DNA from: Giesbergeria sp. | Lineage (GTDB): Bacteria; Pseudomonadota; Gammaproteobacteria; Burkholderiales; Burkholderiaceae_C | Length of the DNA stretch: 64,000 bases | Direction of reading: 5' to 3' | Assembly (NCBI GenBank): GCA_023150295.1 | Contig: JAKLLE010000007.1 | Span: 14,460 to 78,459 of the forward strand | Shown here: piece after piece, positions 31,724 through 40,643 of the stretch | How the letters are laid out: every line of letters starts with the position of its first letter | How positions within the stretch are numbered: the stretch's first letter is position 1 | Position numbers and translations under genes: made by a program | The notes under the pieces: generated by a model | What the model saw: only the letters and a program-made list of their open reading frames with translations | Told to the model about the DNA's origin: nothing | The model's database searches: none

Positions 31724-32594
31724 ATCGATAAACCGAAGGCTCCCCCTCAGGCCGCGTCTTGAACCGCTTGTGCACCCAGTAGTACTGCCCCGGCATGGTG
31801 AGAATGGCGGCCTCCAGCTCTCGGTTCATGCGCGCGGTGTCGGCCTGTACGTCCTCGGTGGGGAAATCCGCCCAGGCGGGGGTGAGCTCGGCGACATAGC
31901 CCGTGGGCGTCATGCGTGTGTACATGCCCAGCACCTTGGCACGGCCCAGGCGGGCAAAGCGCGAGAGCGACGGCACGGTGGCCGTGGGCACACCAAAAAA
32001 GGGCGCAAAGATCGACTCCCCAGGGCCGAAATCCATGTCGGGCAGCAGGTAGAGCAAGCCCCCCTTGCGCAGGTTGGAAAGGATGGGCTTGACCCCATCG
32101 GCCCGGTTGAGCATGCGCACATCGCCAAAACGCTGGCGCCCGGCCATGAACCAGGCGTCCACGGCCGGGTCGGGGTGGGTGGAAAAAATCGAGGTGAACG
32201 CGCGCTGCGTGCGCAGCGGCAGCGCCAGGCCGCCTGCGTCCATGCCATAAAAATGCGGCGCGAAGATGATGGTGGGCGTATCGCCGTCGAGCTCGTGCAG
32301 CGCGCCCACCAGTTGCACACGTTGCTCGACCACCGCACGCGGCGCGGCCCACAGCCAGCTGCGGTCCAGCCAGGTTTGGCAGAACACCACGAACGTCTCG
32401 CGCGCCCAGGCCTTGCGCTGCGCAGCCGTTGCCTGCGGAAAGCACAGCTCCAGGTTGCGCAGCGCCACGCGCCTGCGCGGTGCTGCCAGCACAAACAACA
32501 CCCTGCCAATGGCCCAGCCCAAGGCGCGCAGCACCGGCAGCGGCAGGCGTGCCAGCACCCGCTGCATGAACCCAACACCCATGCGCGCGATCAT
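31722..32594 (-). CDS. Lipid A biosynthesis acyltransferase (LpxL/HtrB family), paralogue 1
   Basis: HFYGMD catalytic HxxxxD, LLPDMD, QYYWVHKRFKT. Confidence 0.9.
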   Translation of the reverse strand: MIARMGVGFMQRVLARLPLPVLRALGWAIGRVLFVLAAPRRRVALRNLELCFPQATAAQRKAWARETFVVFCQTWLDRSWLWAAPRAVVEQRVQLVGALHELDGDTPTIIFAPHFYGMDAGGLALPLRTQRAFTSIFSTHPDPAVDAWFMAGRQRFGDVRMLNRADGVKPILSNLRKGGLLYLLPDMDFGPGESIFAPFFGVPTATVPSLSRFARLGRAKVLGMYTRMTPTGYVAELTPAWADFPTEDVQADTARMNRELEAAILTMPGQYYWVHKRFKTRPEGEPSVYR

Positions 32595-32724
32595 TGGATA
32601 ACCTCCGTGCTGCGCACTGCGGTGCGAGCTTGCTTGGGAGCGGCCCGGCGCGCGCTCATTGAAAAACCTCCGTGCTGCGCACTGCGGTGCGAGCTTGCTT
32701 GGGAACGGCCCGGCGCGCGCTCAT
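32591..32724 (-). repeat. Tandem 65-bp-period repeat encoding two chained 22-aa mini-ORFs
   Basis: 32600-32659 equals 32665-32724 with one mismatch. Minus-strand ORFs 32724-32656 (MSARRAVPKQARTAVRSTEVFQ) and 32659-32591 (MSARRAAPKQARTAVRSTEVIQ), joined by ATGA overlaps. Confidence 0.85.
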
Positions 32725-33569
32725 GCGCCCCCTCCGGCCTGTGGCATGGGGCGCGGCTGCTTGTAGCGCGCATAGCCCCACAGGTACTGCTGTGGGCACT
32801 GGCGAATGGTCTGTTCCATGGCCAGGTTGATTTGTTGCACAGCCAGCTCCAGCACGTCAGACAGAGGTGCGGCCAGTTCCTCCAGGTACAGGCAATAGCC
32901 CCGGCCCCAGGGCTCACGCTCGCAGCGCGCCAGCACCACGGCAGCGCCTGTCTGCTGCGCCAGGCGTGCTGCCAGCGTCATGGTGTAGGCGCTGCGCCCG
33001 AAGAACGGTGCCCACAGGCCCTGCCCGTCGGGCGGCACCTGGTCGGGCAGCAGGCCCACGGCCTCGCCCCGGCGCAAGGCCTTGATCATCTGGCGCACGC
33101 CCATCAGCTCGGTGGGCACGGCCTGCACGCCGGGGCGGTTGCGTGCGGTGCGCATCACCTCGGCCAGCCAGGGCTGGCGCGCCGGGCGGTACAGGATGGT
33201 GATGGGGCCGTGTGCGGCGCTCCAGCGCTGGGCGGCGGCCTGCACCGACATCTCGAAGCACCCCAGGTGCGGTGTGAGGAACACGATGCCCTTGCCCGCC
33301 GCCCAGGCGCGCTCGACGCATTCGGTATTCTCGAATCGGCACACCGGCAGTGCGCCCAGCCAGAGCCGGGGCAGCTCGGCCACCATGCGCCCGGCATGGG
33401 CCACGGCAGCACGCACCTGCGCGAAGCGGTAGCCCGCCAACTGCGCATTGGCCAGAAAGCGCCGCCGGTAGGTCGGCGATGCGCAGAACGCCACCCAGCC
33501 CAGGGCAGCGCCCAGACCGTGCAGCAGCCACAGTGGCCACAGGGGCAAAAATCGCAAGAGGAAAGACAT
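32721..33569 (-). CDS. Lipid A biosynthesis acyltransferase (LpxL/HtrB family), paralogue 2
   Basis: HLGCFE HxxxxE, LLPDQVP, QYLWGYARYK. Confidence 0.9.
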   Translation of the reverse strand: MSFLLRFLPLWPLWLLHGLGAALGWVAFCASPTYRRRFLANAQLAGYRFAQVRAAVAHAGRMVAELPRLWLGALPVCRFENTECVERAWAAGKGIVFLTPHLGCFEMSVQAAAQRWSAAHGPITILYRPARQPWLAEVMRTARNRPGVQAVPTELMGVRQMIKALRRGEAVGLLPDQVPPDGQGLWAPFFGRSAYTMTLAARLAQQTGAAVVLARCEREPWGRGYCLYLEELAAPLSDVLELAVQQINLAMEQTIRQCPQQYLWGYARYKQPRPMPQAGGGA

Positions 33570-33584
33570 TAAAATGGAATGACA

Positions 33585-33640
33585 GTCGCTGAGTTAACCG
33601 AGCAACTTGCAGGGCGACGATAAACAAATCTGCTAAAGCG
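33585..33640 (+). promoter_or_regulatory. SAM-II riboswitch upstream of metK
   Basis: GTCGC(T)-GAGTTAACCG...TTGCA-GG-GCGAC-GATAAA...TGCTAAAGCG follows the SAM-II motif order (P1 33585-33589 / 33614-33618) and precedes a SAM synthetase. Confidence 0.8.
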
Positions 33641-33702
33641 TTCGCCAAGGCTCCAGCGGCCAGGGCAACGCCCAAGACAACGCAACACTGGAGTTTATTC
33701 AA

Positions 33703-34884
33703 ATGGCGAACGACTTTCTCTTTACCTCCGAATCTGTGTCCGAAGGCCACCCCGACAAGGTGGCCGACCAGATCTCGGACGCCATCCTCGACGCAATCTT
33801 CACGCAAGACCCGCGCTCACGCGTTGCCGCCGAAACGCTGTGCAACACCGGCCTCGTGGTGCTGGCCGGTGAAATCACCACCAACGCCCATGTGGACTAC
33901 ATCCAGGTAGCGCGCGACACCATCAAGCGCATCGGCTACGACAACACCGAATACGGCATCGACTACAAGGGCTGCGCCGTGCTCGTGGCCTACGACAAGC
34001 AGAGCAACGACATCGCCCAGGGCGTGGACCACGCGAGTGACGACCACCTCAACACCGGCGCAGGCGACCAGGGCCTGATGTTCGGCTACGCCTGCGACGA
34101 AACGCCCGAGCTCATGCCCGCGCCCATCTACTACGCGCACCGCCTGGTGGAGCGCCAGGCCCAGCTGCGCAAGGACGGTCGCATGCCCTTCCTGCGCCCC
34201 GACGCCAAAAGTCAAGTGACCATGCGCTACGTGGACGGCAAGCCCCACAGCATCGACACCGTGGTGCTCTCCAGCCAGCACAGCCCCGAGATGAGCGACG
34301 GCACGCACATGAAGCCTGCCTTCATCGAAGCGGTGATCGAAGACATCATCAAGCCCGTGCTGCCCAAGGAGTGGATCACGGCCGACACCAAGTACCTCAT
34401 CAACCCCACGGGCCGCTTTGTCATCGGCGGCCCGCAGGGCGACTGCGGCCTCACCGGCCGCAAGATCATCGTGGACACCTACGGCGGCGCCTGCCCGCAC
34501 GGCGGCGGCGCGTTCTCGGGCAAGGACCCGACCAAGGTGGACCGCAGCGCCGCCTACGCCGCGCGCTATGTGGCCAAGAACATCGTGGCGGCGGGCCTGG
34601 CACGCCAGTGCCAGATCCAGGTGGCCTACGCCATCGGCGTGGCACGGCCCATGAACGTGACGGTCTACACCGAAGGCACGGGCGTGATCCCCGACCACGA
34701 AATCGCCAAGCTGGTGCAGGAACACTTCGACCTGCGCCCCAAGGGCATCATCCAGATGCTCGATCTGCTGCGCCCCATCTACAGCAAGACCGCCGCCTAC
34801 GGCCACTTCGGCCGCGAGGAGCCCGAGTTCACCTGGGAGCGCACAGACAAAGCCCAAACGCTGCGCGCAGCGGCCGGGCGATAG
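33703..34884 (+). CDS. metK: S-adenosylmethionine synthetase
   Basis: [27 protein letters not shown]. Confidence 0.98.
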   Translation: MANDFLFTSESVSEGHPDKVADQISDAILDAIFTQDPRSRVAAETLCNTGLVVLAGEITTNAHVDYIQVARDTIKRIGYDNTEYGIDYKGCAVLVAYDKQSNDIAQGVDHASDDHLNTGAGDQGLMFGYACDETPELMPAPIYYAHRLVERQAQLRKDGRMPFLRPDAKSQVTMRYVDGKPHSIDTVVLSSQHSPEMSDGTHMKPAFIEAVIEDIIKPVLPKEWITADTKYLINPTGRFVIGGPQGDCGLTGRKIIVDTYGGACPHGGGAFSGKDPTKVDRSAAYAARYVAKNIVAAGLARQCQIQVAYAIGVARPMNVTVYTEGTGVIPDHEIAKLVQEHFDLRPKGIIQMLDLLRPIYSKTAAYGHFGREEPEFTWERTDKAQTLRAAAGR

Positions 34885-34907
34885 ATGTCGGCTCTGAAAG
34901 CGCGTGA

Positions 34908-35930
34908 ATGCTTGACGCCGCCGTCCTGATTGGCCGTTTCCAGCCCGTGCACCAGGGGCACCTGGCTTTGGTGCACGAAGCCCTGGCGCGGGCGCCACGG
35001 GTGTTCATTGTGGTGGGATCCGCCTGCCAGGCACGCTCGCCCAAAAACCCCTTCACCTGGCAAGAGCGCGCCGCCATGCTGCGCGAATGCGTGCCCGAGA
35101 CCGAACGCCATCGGCTGACGGTACTCCCCATCCGCGACCACTACAACGAACCGCTCTGGGCCCAGGCGGTGCAGCAGGCAGTGGCCGCGCACACGCGCCC
35201 TCAGGCACGCATCGCGCTGGTCGGCCACTTCAAGGACGCCAGCAGCAGCTACCTGGCCGCCTTTCCAGACTGGACGCTGATCCGCATGCAGCGCCAGGGC
35301 GACATGGATGCCAACACCATCCGCGACGCCTACCTCGGCGCCGCCCCTGGCGCGCTTGATGCCGCGCTCTCCCCCCTGGCAGAAGGCGTGCCTGCCGCAA
35401 CGCGCCGCTGGCTCGCAACGTTTTCGCAGACACCGCAGTACGCCCCTCTGCAGGAAGAATGGCGCATGCTGCGCGACTACCGCGCATCCTGGGCATGCGC
35501 GCCCTACCCGCCAATCTTCGTCACGGTGGACGCGGTGGTTCAATGCCAGCAACAGGTCTTGCTCATCCAGCGCGCACACGCGCCTGGCAAAGGACTGTGG
35601 GCCTTGCCTGGCGGCTTTCTGGAGCCACACGAAACGCTCTGGCAATCGTGCCTGCGCGAACTGGCAGAAGAAACCCATTGCGAGCTGCCCGAACCCACCT
35701 GGCGTGCCGCCCTGCAGCAGATCCGCGTATTCGACCACCCCGACCGCAGCCAGCGTGGACGCACCATCACCCATGTGCATCGCTTTGACCTGGGCAATAC
35801 CCCTGTTCCCCCCGTGCGTGCTGACGACGACGCAGCCCTGGCCACCTGGGTACCCATCGACCAGGTAGCCCCCCTGGAAGAACAGTTCTTTGAAGACCAC
35901 TTCCATCTGGTCTCCCAGATGCTGTCATGA
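34908..35930 (+). CDS. Bifunctional NMN adenylyltransferase / Nudix hydrolase (NadM-Nudix)
   Basis: IGRFQPVHQGH nucleotidyltransferase motif, KNPFT..ER, Nudix box GGFLEPHETLWQSCLRELAEET, FEDHFH end. Confidence 0.88.
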   Translation: MLDAAVLIGRFQPVHQGHLALVHEALARAPRVFIVVGSACQARSPKNPFTWQERAAMLRECVPETERHRLTVLPIRDHYNEPLWAQAVQQAVAAHTRPQARIALVGHFKDASSSYLAAFPDWTLIRMQRQGDMDANTIRDAYLGAAPGALDAALSPLAEGVPAATRRWLATFSQTPQYAPLQEEWRMLRDYRASWACAPYPPIFVTVDAVVQCQQQVLLIQRAHAPGKGLWALPGGFLEPHETLWQSCLRELAEETHCELPEPTWRAALQQIRVFDHPDRSQRGRTITHVHRFDLGNTPVPPVRADDDAALATWVPIDQVAPLEEQFFEDHFHLVSQMLS

Positions 35931-37753
35931 CAGCCCCCACCGTCCTGCATGTCGGCAAGTACTTTCCACCCTGTGCGGGAGGGATGGAGGTGTTCCTGGC
36001 AGACCTGATTGCCGAGCAGCGCAGCCAAGGCATCAATGCCCACGCCCTGGTGCACGGCGATCCGCTGCCGGACGACCCCCCCTGGCTCCACCGCGTTCCG
36101 GTGCAAGGCACCATCATCTACGCCCCCATTGCCGTGGGGTTCCGGCGGGCACTGCGGCGCGCCATCCAAGCCCTCCGCCCCGATGTGCTGCACCTGCACA
36201 TGCCCAACAATGCGGTGTTCTGGGCGCTCACGCTGGCGCAGGCCCGCACCATTCCCTGGGTGGTGCACTGGCATGCAGATGTGGTGGCCTCCAGCATCCG
36301 GCTTGCGGTCAAGCTGGCCTATCGCCTTTACCGGCCGTTCGAACAGGCCGTGCTGGAGCAGGCCGAGCGCATCATTGCCACATCGCCCCCCTACCTGCAG
36401 GCCAGCGAACCCCTGGCACCATGGCGCCACAAATGCAGCGTGGTACCGCTGGGGCTCACCGTCCAGCCACCCGCCCCCCCCGATAGTTCGCAGCAACACG
36501 CGCACCCTTGGTCGGCAAACAGTTTCAAACTGCTCGCCATCGGTCGCCTGGCCTACTACAAAGGGTTTGAAACCCTCATTCAGTCCTTGGCCGACCTCCC
36601 CGAGGTCGAACTGGTCATCGCAGGCGAAGGGGAATCCCGTGCAGCGCTGCAGTCGGCCATTCGATCCATCACCCCGGCACGGGGTACCCCACGCGTTCAC
36701 CTGCTGGGCCATGTGGACGACACCCTCAAGTACGCCCTGCTCGCCCGGTGCGATGTGTTTTGCCTGCCATCACGCGAAAGAACCGAGGCCTTTGGACTGG
36801 TGCTGCTTGAAGCCATGTCACAGTCGCGCCCCTGCATTGCGTCGAATTTGGCCGGCTCGGGCATGCCCTGGGTGGTCACCCAGGCACAGGCAGGGCTGCT
36901 GGCCCAGCCCGAAGACCCTGCCAGCTGGGCACAAGCCATTGTCAGCCTGCGACGCAACCCTGCCCTGCGCACAGAAATGGGCCAACGGGGCCACCAGGCA
37001 TTGCAGCAGCAATTCAGCATGGCAGCCTGCGCGCGCCAGTTGCACCGCCACTACGCCACGGCAATGCCCGATGCGGTCTCGCAAGGCCGCCCCCGCGACG
37101 TCCTTATCGTCATCCCTGCCAAAGATGAAGCCACCACCATTGGTGCCATGCTCCAGCAACTGCACGAGGCGGGCTGGAAAGACGTGCTCGTCATTGACGA
37201 CCAAAGCACCGACGGCACCGGCGACATTGCACGGGCGGCCGGTGCACGCGTGCTGCAACCCGTGTTGCCCGTGGGTGCCTGGGGCGGAATGCAGGCAGGC
37301 CTGCGCTACGGCATGCGCCACGGGTTTCGATCCGTCATCACCATGGATGCCGACGGGCAGCACGAGGTGCATGAAATCACCTCCTTGCTCAGCGCCCGGG
37401 CGCAGGCCGATGTGGTCATAGGCTCCTTCCCAGAACGCGCAAGCCGCATGCGAAGAATCGCCTGGGAATGGTTCAGGCGCTTGGCCGGGTTTGACCTGCG
37501 CGATCTGACCTCGGGATTCCGCCTCTACAACCGCCAGGCCATGGCCGTGCTGGCGTCACACCAAGCCACAATGTTGGACTACCAGGACCTGGGCGCCCTG
37601 CTCCTTGTGCGCCGCGCAGGACTCACTATTCAGGAAGTGCCCGTCTCCATGAACCTGCGCAGTGTCGGCGCATCGCGCATCTTCCATTCCTGGCTTAGCG
37701 TTGCACGGTACATGGCAGCCACCACATTGCTGTGCCTGGCACGCTGGCGCTAG
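35927..37753 (+). CDS. Fused glycosyltransferase: GT4 (GT-B) N-terminus plus GT2 DPM-synthase-like C-terminus
   Basis: GGME, EAFGLVLLEAM (GT4); VIPAKDEA, VIDDQSTD, TMDADGQH, DLTSGFR (GT2). Confidence 0.85.
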   Translation: MTAPTVLHVGKYFPPCAGGMEVFLADLIAEQRSQGINAHALVHGDPLPDDPPWLHRVPVQGTIIYAPIAVGFRRALRRAIQALRPDVLHLHMPNNAVFWALTLAQARTIPWVVHWHADVVASSIRLAVKLAYRLYRPFEQAVLEQAERIIATSPPYLQASEPLAPWRHKCSVVPLGLTVQPPAPPDSSQQHAHPWSANSFKLLAIGRLAYYKGFETLIQSLADLPEVELVIAGEGESRAALQSAIRSITPARGTPRVHLLGHVDDTLKYALLARCDVFCLPSRERTEAFGLVLLEAMSQSRPCIASNLAGSGMPWVVTQAQAGLLAQPEDPASWAQAIVSLRRNPALRTEMGQRGHQALQQQFSMAACARQLHRHYATAMPDAVSQGRPRDVLIVIPAKDEATTIGAMLQQLHEAGWKDVLVIDDQSTDGTGDIARAAGARVLQPVLPVGAWGGMQAGLRYGMRHGFRSVITMDADGQHEVHEITSLLSARAQADVVIGSFPERASRMRRIAWEWFRRLAGFDLRDLTSGFRLYNRQAMAVLASHQATMLDYQDLGALLLVRRAGLTIQEVPVSMNLRSVGASRIFHSWLSVARYMAATTLLCLARWR

Positions 37754-37828
37754 TGTGGCGCGTAAAAAGTAGCTTGAACTATTTTCCGGCAAATCACCGA
37801 TGCCGAGCGAGCCCAGGTCAAGATGCAC

Positions 37829-39187
37829 TTATTGCATAAGCCATCTGTCGATTTCCTGAATATTCTGCTCGACCTCAGCGCCTGCCAAAGCTTTGAGGCG
37901 TACGCGCGCCAGCAAATACCGGTACCGTGCCTCGGCCAAATCGCGCCGTGTCGTCTGTAACTGTTGCTCCGCGTTGAGAACATCTAGCAAAGAACGGCTT
38001 CCGACTTCTTGCGAACGACGACTTGATTTGACCAACTGCTCACCGGAGCGTTCAGCCTGTTCAAGCGCGCGGATTTTCAAGATGCCCTCGCTCACTCCTC
38101 GGTATTCGCCATGTACCCGTACAGCCAGGTCGCGGCGTGCAGCCTCCAGGTTCTCTTGCGCACGAACCAGTTCTGCAACAGCCTGTCGCACAGTGGATTG
38201 GGTGTAGCCACCGCTGAACAATGGAACATTCAGCTGCAACCCCAATGTGCGGTTTGTGTAGCGTGACCCAGGTGAAGTGACGTTCTCACTTGCACTGCGG
38301 GTCAACTGCGCCACAGCGTCAAGCGTAGGGAAATGGCCTCCCTTGGCCTTCTCTATTTCCGCTTGTGCGCTTTCCACACGCGCCTGGAACGCACGCACTT
38401 CAGGGCTGTATGCTTGCGCCTGGGTAACCCAATACTCTACGCTGGCGGGTTCAGGTGCCAAGAGCGGCAGGCGGACTGTGTCCACACTGGCCAAACTTGT
38501 GACTGGTTGGGCAATAATGATTTCAAGCTGCTGTTTCGACTGCGCAAGTTGCTGGCGTGTACTGACAACGTTGGCATTGTCCATGTCCAGGCGAGCCTGT
38601 ACTTCATCAACATCGGTTCGCGTGCCATTGCCAGCAATAAGTGACTTCTTTGCAGCGTCCAGTTGGGTGGTGGTTACAGATTGTTTTTTTTCCGCAAGCG
38701 TCAGTGCCTCCTGGGCGAGAAGTGCCTCCATATAAGCGCCGGTTACTCGCGTTGCCAATTCTTGCTCTTCGCGTTCCAGCGTCGCCTGTGCATCTTCCAC
38801 GATAAAGCCAGCCTGGCGAAGGCCCTCCCATAGTGGCTTGCGATACAAAGGCTGCCGAATTTGCAGGGTCTGATTGTAACTGATGTACCTGTCGCTGCTT
38901 GGTACTTCATTGCCCAGAAGGTTCTTTTGTACTTGATCCAGATCGTTCTTGTAGCGGGCTGCGCTCGCAGTAATACTGGGCAACAACTGCGAACGAGCCT
39001 GCGGTATCCGCTCCAAGGCAGCATCGCGACCTGCCCGCGCCGCTCGTATCCGCGGATCTTGCTCTTGCGCCGCTTTGTAAGCCTCAGAAAGGCCAAGGCT
39101 CCACACCGGTAGGCTGGATGCTATGAGCGCCCCCCCAACGACAGAAGCACATACCCATTGTGGGATCGTTTTCAGAAACATGGTCAC
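37829..39187 (-). CDS. Type I secretion outer-membrane protein, TolC/PrtF family
   Basis: Signal peptide, A...LLPSIT, GTRTDV, G.RSLLDVLNAE OEP repeats. Confidence 0.92.
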   Translation of the reverse strand: MTMFLKTIPQWVCASVVGGALIASSLPVWSLGLSEAYKAAQEQDPRIRAARAGRDAALERIPQARSQLLPSITASAARYKNDLDQVQKNLLGNEVPSSDRYISYNQTLQIRQPLYRKPLWEGLRQAGFIVEDAQATLEREEQELATRVTGAYMEALLAQEALTLAEKKQSVTTTQLDAAKKSLIAGNGTRTDVDEVQARLDMDNANVVSTRQQLAQSKQQLEIIIAQPVTSLASVDTVRLPLLAPEPASVEYWVTQAQAYSPEVRAFQARVESAQAEIEKAKGGHFPTLDAVAQLTRSASENVTSPGSRYTNRTLGLQLNVPLFSGGYTQSTVRQAVAELVRAQENLEAARRDLAVRVHGEYRGVSEGILKIRALEQAERSGEQLVKSSRRSQEVGSRSLLDVLNAEQQLQTTRRDLAEARYRYLLARVRLKALAGAEVEQNIQEIDRWLMQ

Positions 39188-40533
39188 TCCTCCTTCATAG
39201 AGGCAGCCAAGCGCTTGGTCAGCGGGTTGAGCAAATAAGTGAGCATGGAACGCTCCCCCGTCTTGATCACCACCTCTGCTTGCATACCGGGCTGCAGACG
39301 ACGCTGACCCAGAGTCTTCATGCCTTCGGGGGTGACCTTGACACGCGCAAGGTAGTAAGAAACCATCGTGCTGCCCACTTGTTCGTTCAGCAAATCGTTG
39401 GACAAGGACAGCAATTCACCTTCCACAACCAGTTGCGGAGAGTGCGCAAAGGCAGTGAATCGAACATCGGTCTTCAACCCCGGATGTACACGATCGATAA
39501 AGTGTGGATCAATACGCGCCTCCAGGAGCAAGGGCTCATCCTCTGGAACAATATCCATGAGTTTTTGCCCTGGCTGGATGACCCCTCCAACGGTTTGCAC
39601 CGCCAAACCTATGACCTGGCCTGTTGCAGGTGCACGAATTTCAGTACGTTCCAAGTCGGCGCGAACGGCATTCAGCTTTTCTGCATCAGACTGCACCTCG
39701 CGTAGCACCTCGGCAAGCTGTGTCTCCACTTCTTTTCGATACTCTTGTCGTCTCAGGAGACTTTGCTGACGCAGTTCAGCCTTGGTACGCAAAGCGCGCT
39801 GGATATTTCCCTGTAACTCAATGCTAGAAGCATTGATGTCGGCCACCTGACGCTCCAGCTCCAATTGGCGGTTTCTGGGCGCGTAGCCCTCAGATACCAG
39901 AGAGCGGGTGTTTTTTAGCTCCTCTTGCATCAACGCAAGCTGGTTGCGCCGCTGTACAAGCATGCCTTCGTAGGTTTCCAACATCCCCTGCTGGTTTTGC
40001 ATGCTTTCTTCAATGGCTTGAAGGGCGGCACGCAGAGCAAAGCGTCGCGTCTGCAGAAGCTGATTCTGCGTTTGCATTTGTACCTGAATTAGCGGATCGG
40101 AGGCGGCGCTCAGAAGATCGGGGTGAAATTCAATCCGCTCCTTATCGGCTTGTTCGGTCTGCAATCGGCCCTGCATGGCCCGGAGGCTCAAATAACGCTG
40201 GCGGACGCTTTCGTAATTGGCGCGCATGGTTGCAGCATCTAGTTTGATCAGGGGCTGCCCCTCCTGAACATGCTGGCCTTCATGCACCATGACTTGGTGG
40301 ATGATGCCACCGCTCAAGTGCTGCACCGCCTTGCGCTTGGTGTCGATCATCACCGTGCCCAAGCTGGGAACCCCCTCATCGAGCGGTGCCAGTGCCGCCC
40401 AAAGCAAAAAGCCACCAAAACCCAAGCCCAGTGCCCACAAACCAATGCGGGCGGCATGACCTGTGCTGGCGGAGAGAGGGACAGACCCGCTCGCAGGGGC
40501 TGGTATAAGTGAGGGACGTTCGGAATTGGCCAT
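39184..40533 (-). CDS. Type I secretion membrane fusion protein, HlyD/PrtE family
   Basis: TM anchor, KAVQHLSGGII..V.V.EG, IRAPATG, GVIQPGQKLMDIVP, IKTGERSML.YLL.P. Confidence 0.94.
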   Translation of the reverse strand: MANSERPSLIPAPASGSVPLSASTGHAARIGLWALGLGFGGFLLWAALAPLDEGVPSLGTVMIDTKRKAVQHLSGGIIHQVMVHEGQHVQEGQPLIKLDAATMRANYESVRQRYLSLRAMQGRLQTEQADKERIEFHPDLLSAASDPLIQVQMQTQNQLLQTRRFALRAALQAIEESMQNQQGMLETYEGMLVQRRNQLALMQEELKNTRSLVSEGYAPRNRQLELERQVADINASSIELQGNIQRALRTKAELRQQSLLRRQEYRKEVETQLAEVLREVQSDAEKLNAVRADLERTEIRAPATGQVIGLAVQTVGGVIQPGQKLMDIVPEDEPLLLEARIDPHFIDRVHPGLKTDVRFTAFAHSPQLVVEGELLSLSNDLLNEQVGSTMVSYYLARVKVTPEGMKTLGQRRLQPGMQAEVVIKTGERSMLTYLLNPLTKRLAASMKEE

Positions 40534-40643
40534 ACGACAGTAAAAAATTGGACGGTACAAGAGTTATTTGGTGGGCACCAAGGGAACCAACGCATCTTGA
40601 GAAAATTCAGGATCAGAGACGGTCAGCGCAACTTAGCCAAATT

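Noticed and set aside
30986-31725. ORFs of 79-232 aa across the palindrome
   Set aside because: Arg/Ala-rich, mirror each other on both strands, and arise from the repeat.
32600-32724. CRISPR array
   Set aside because: Only two 60-bp copies with a 5-bp gap; no spacers and no cas genes.
34885-34929. 14-codon ORF directly after the metK stop, as a leader peptide or frameshift
   Set aside because: No motif; the NadM-Nudix frame has its own ATG and a complete N-terminus.
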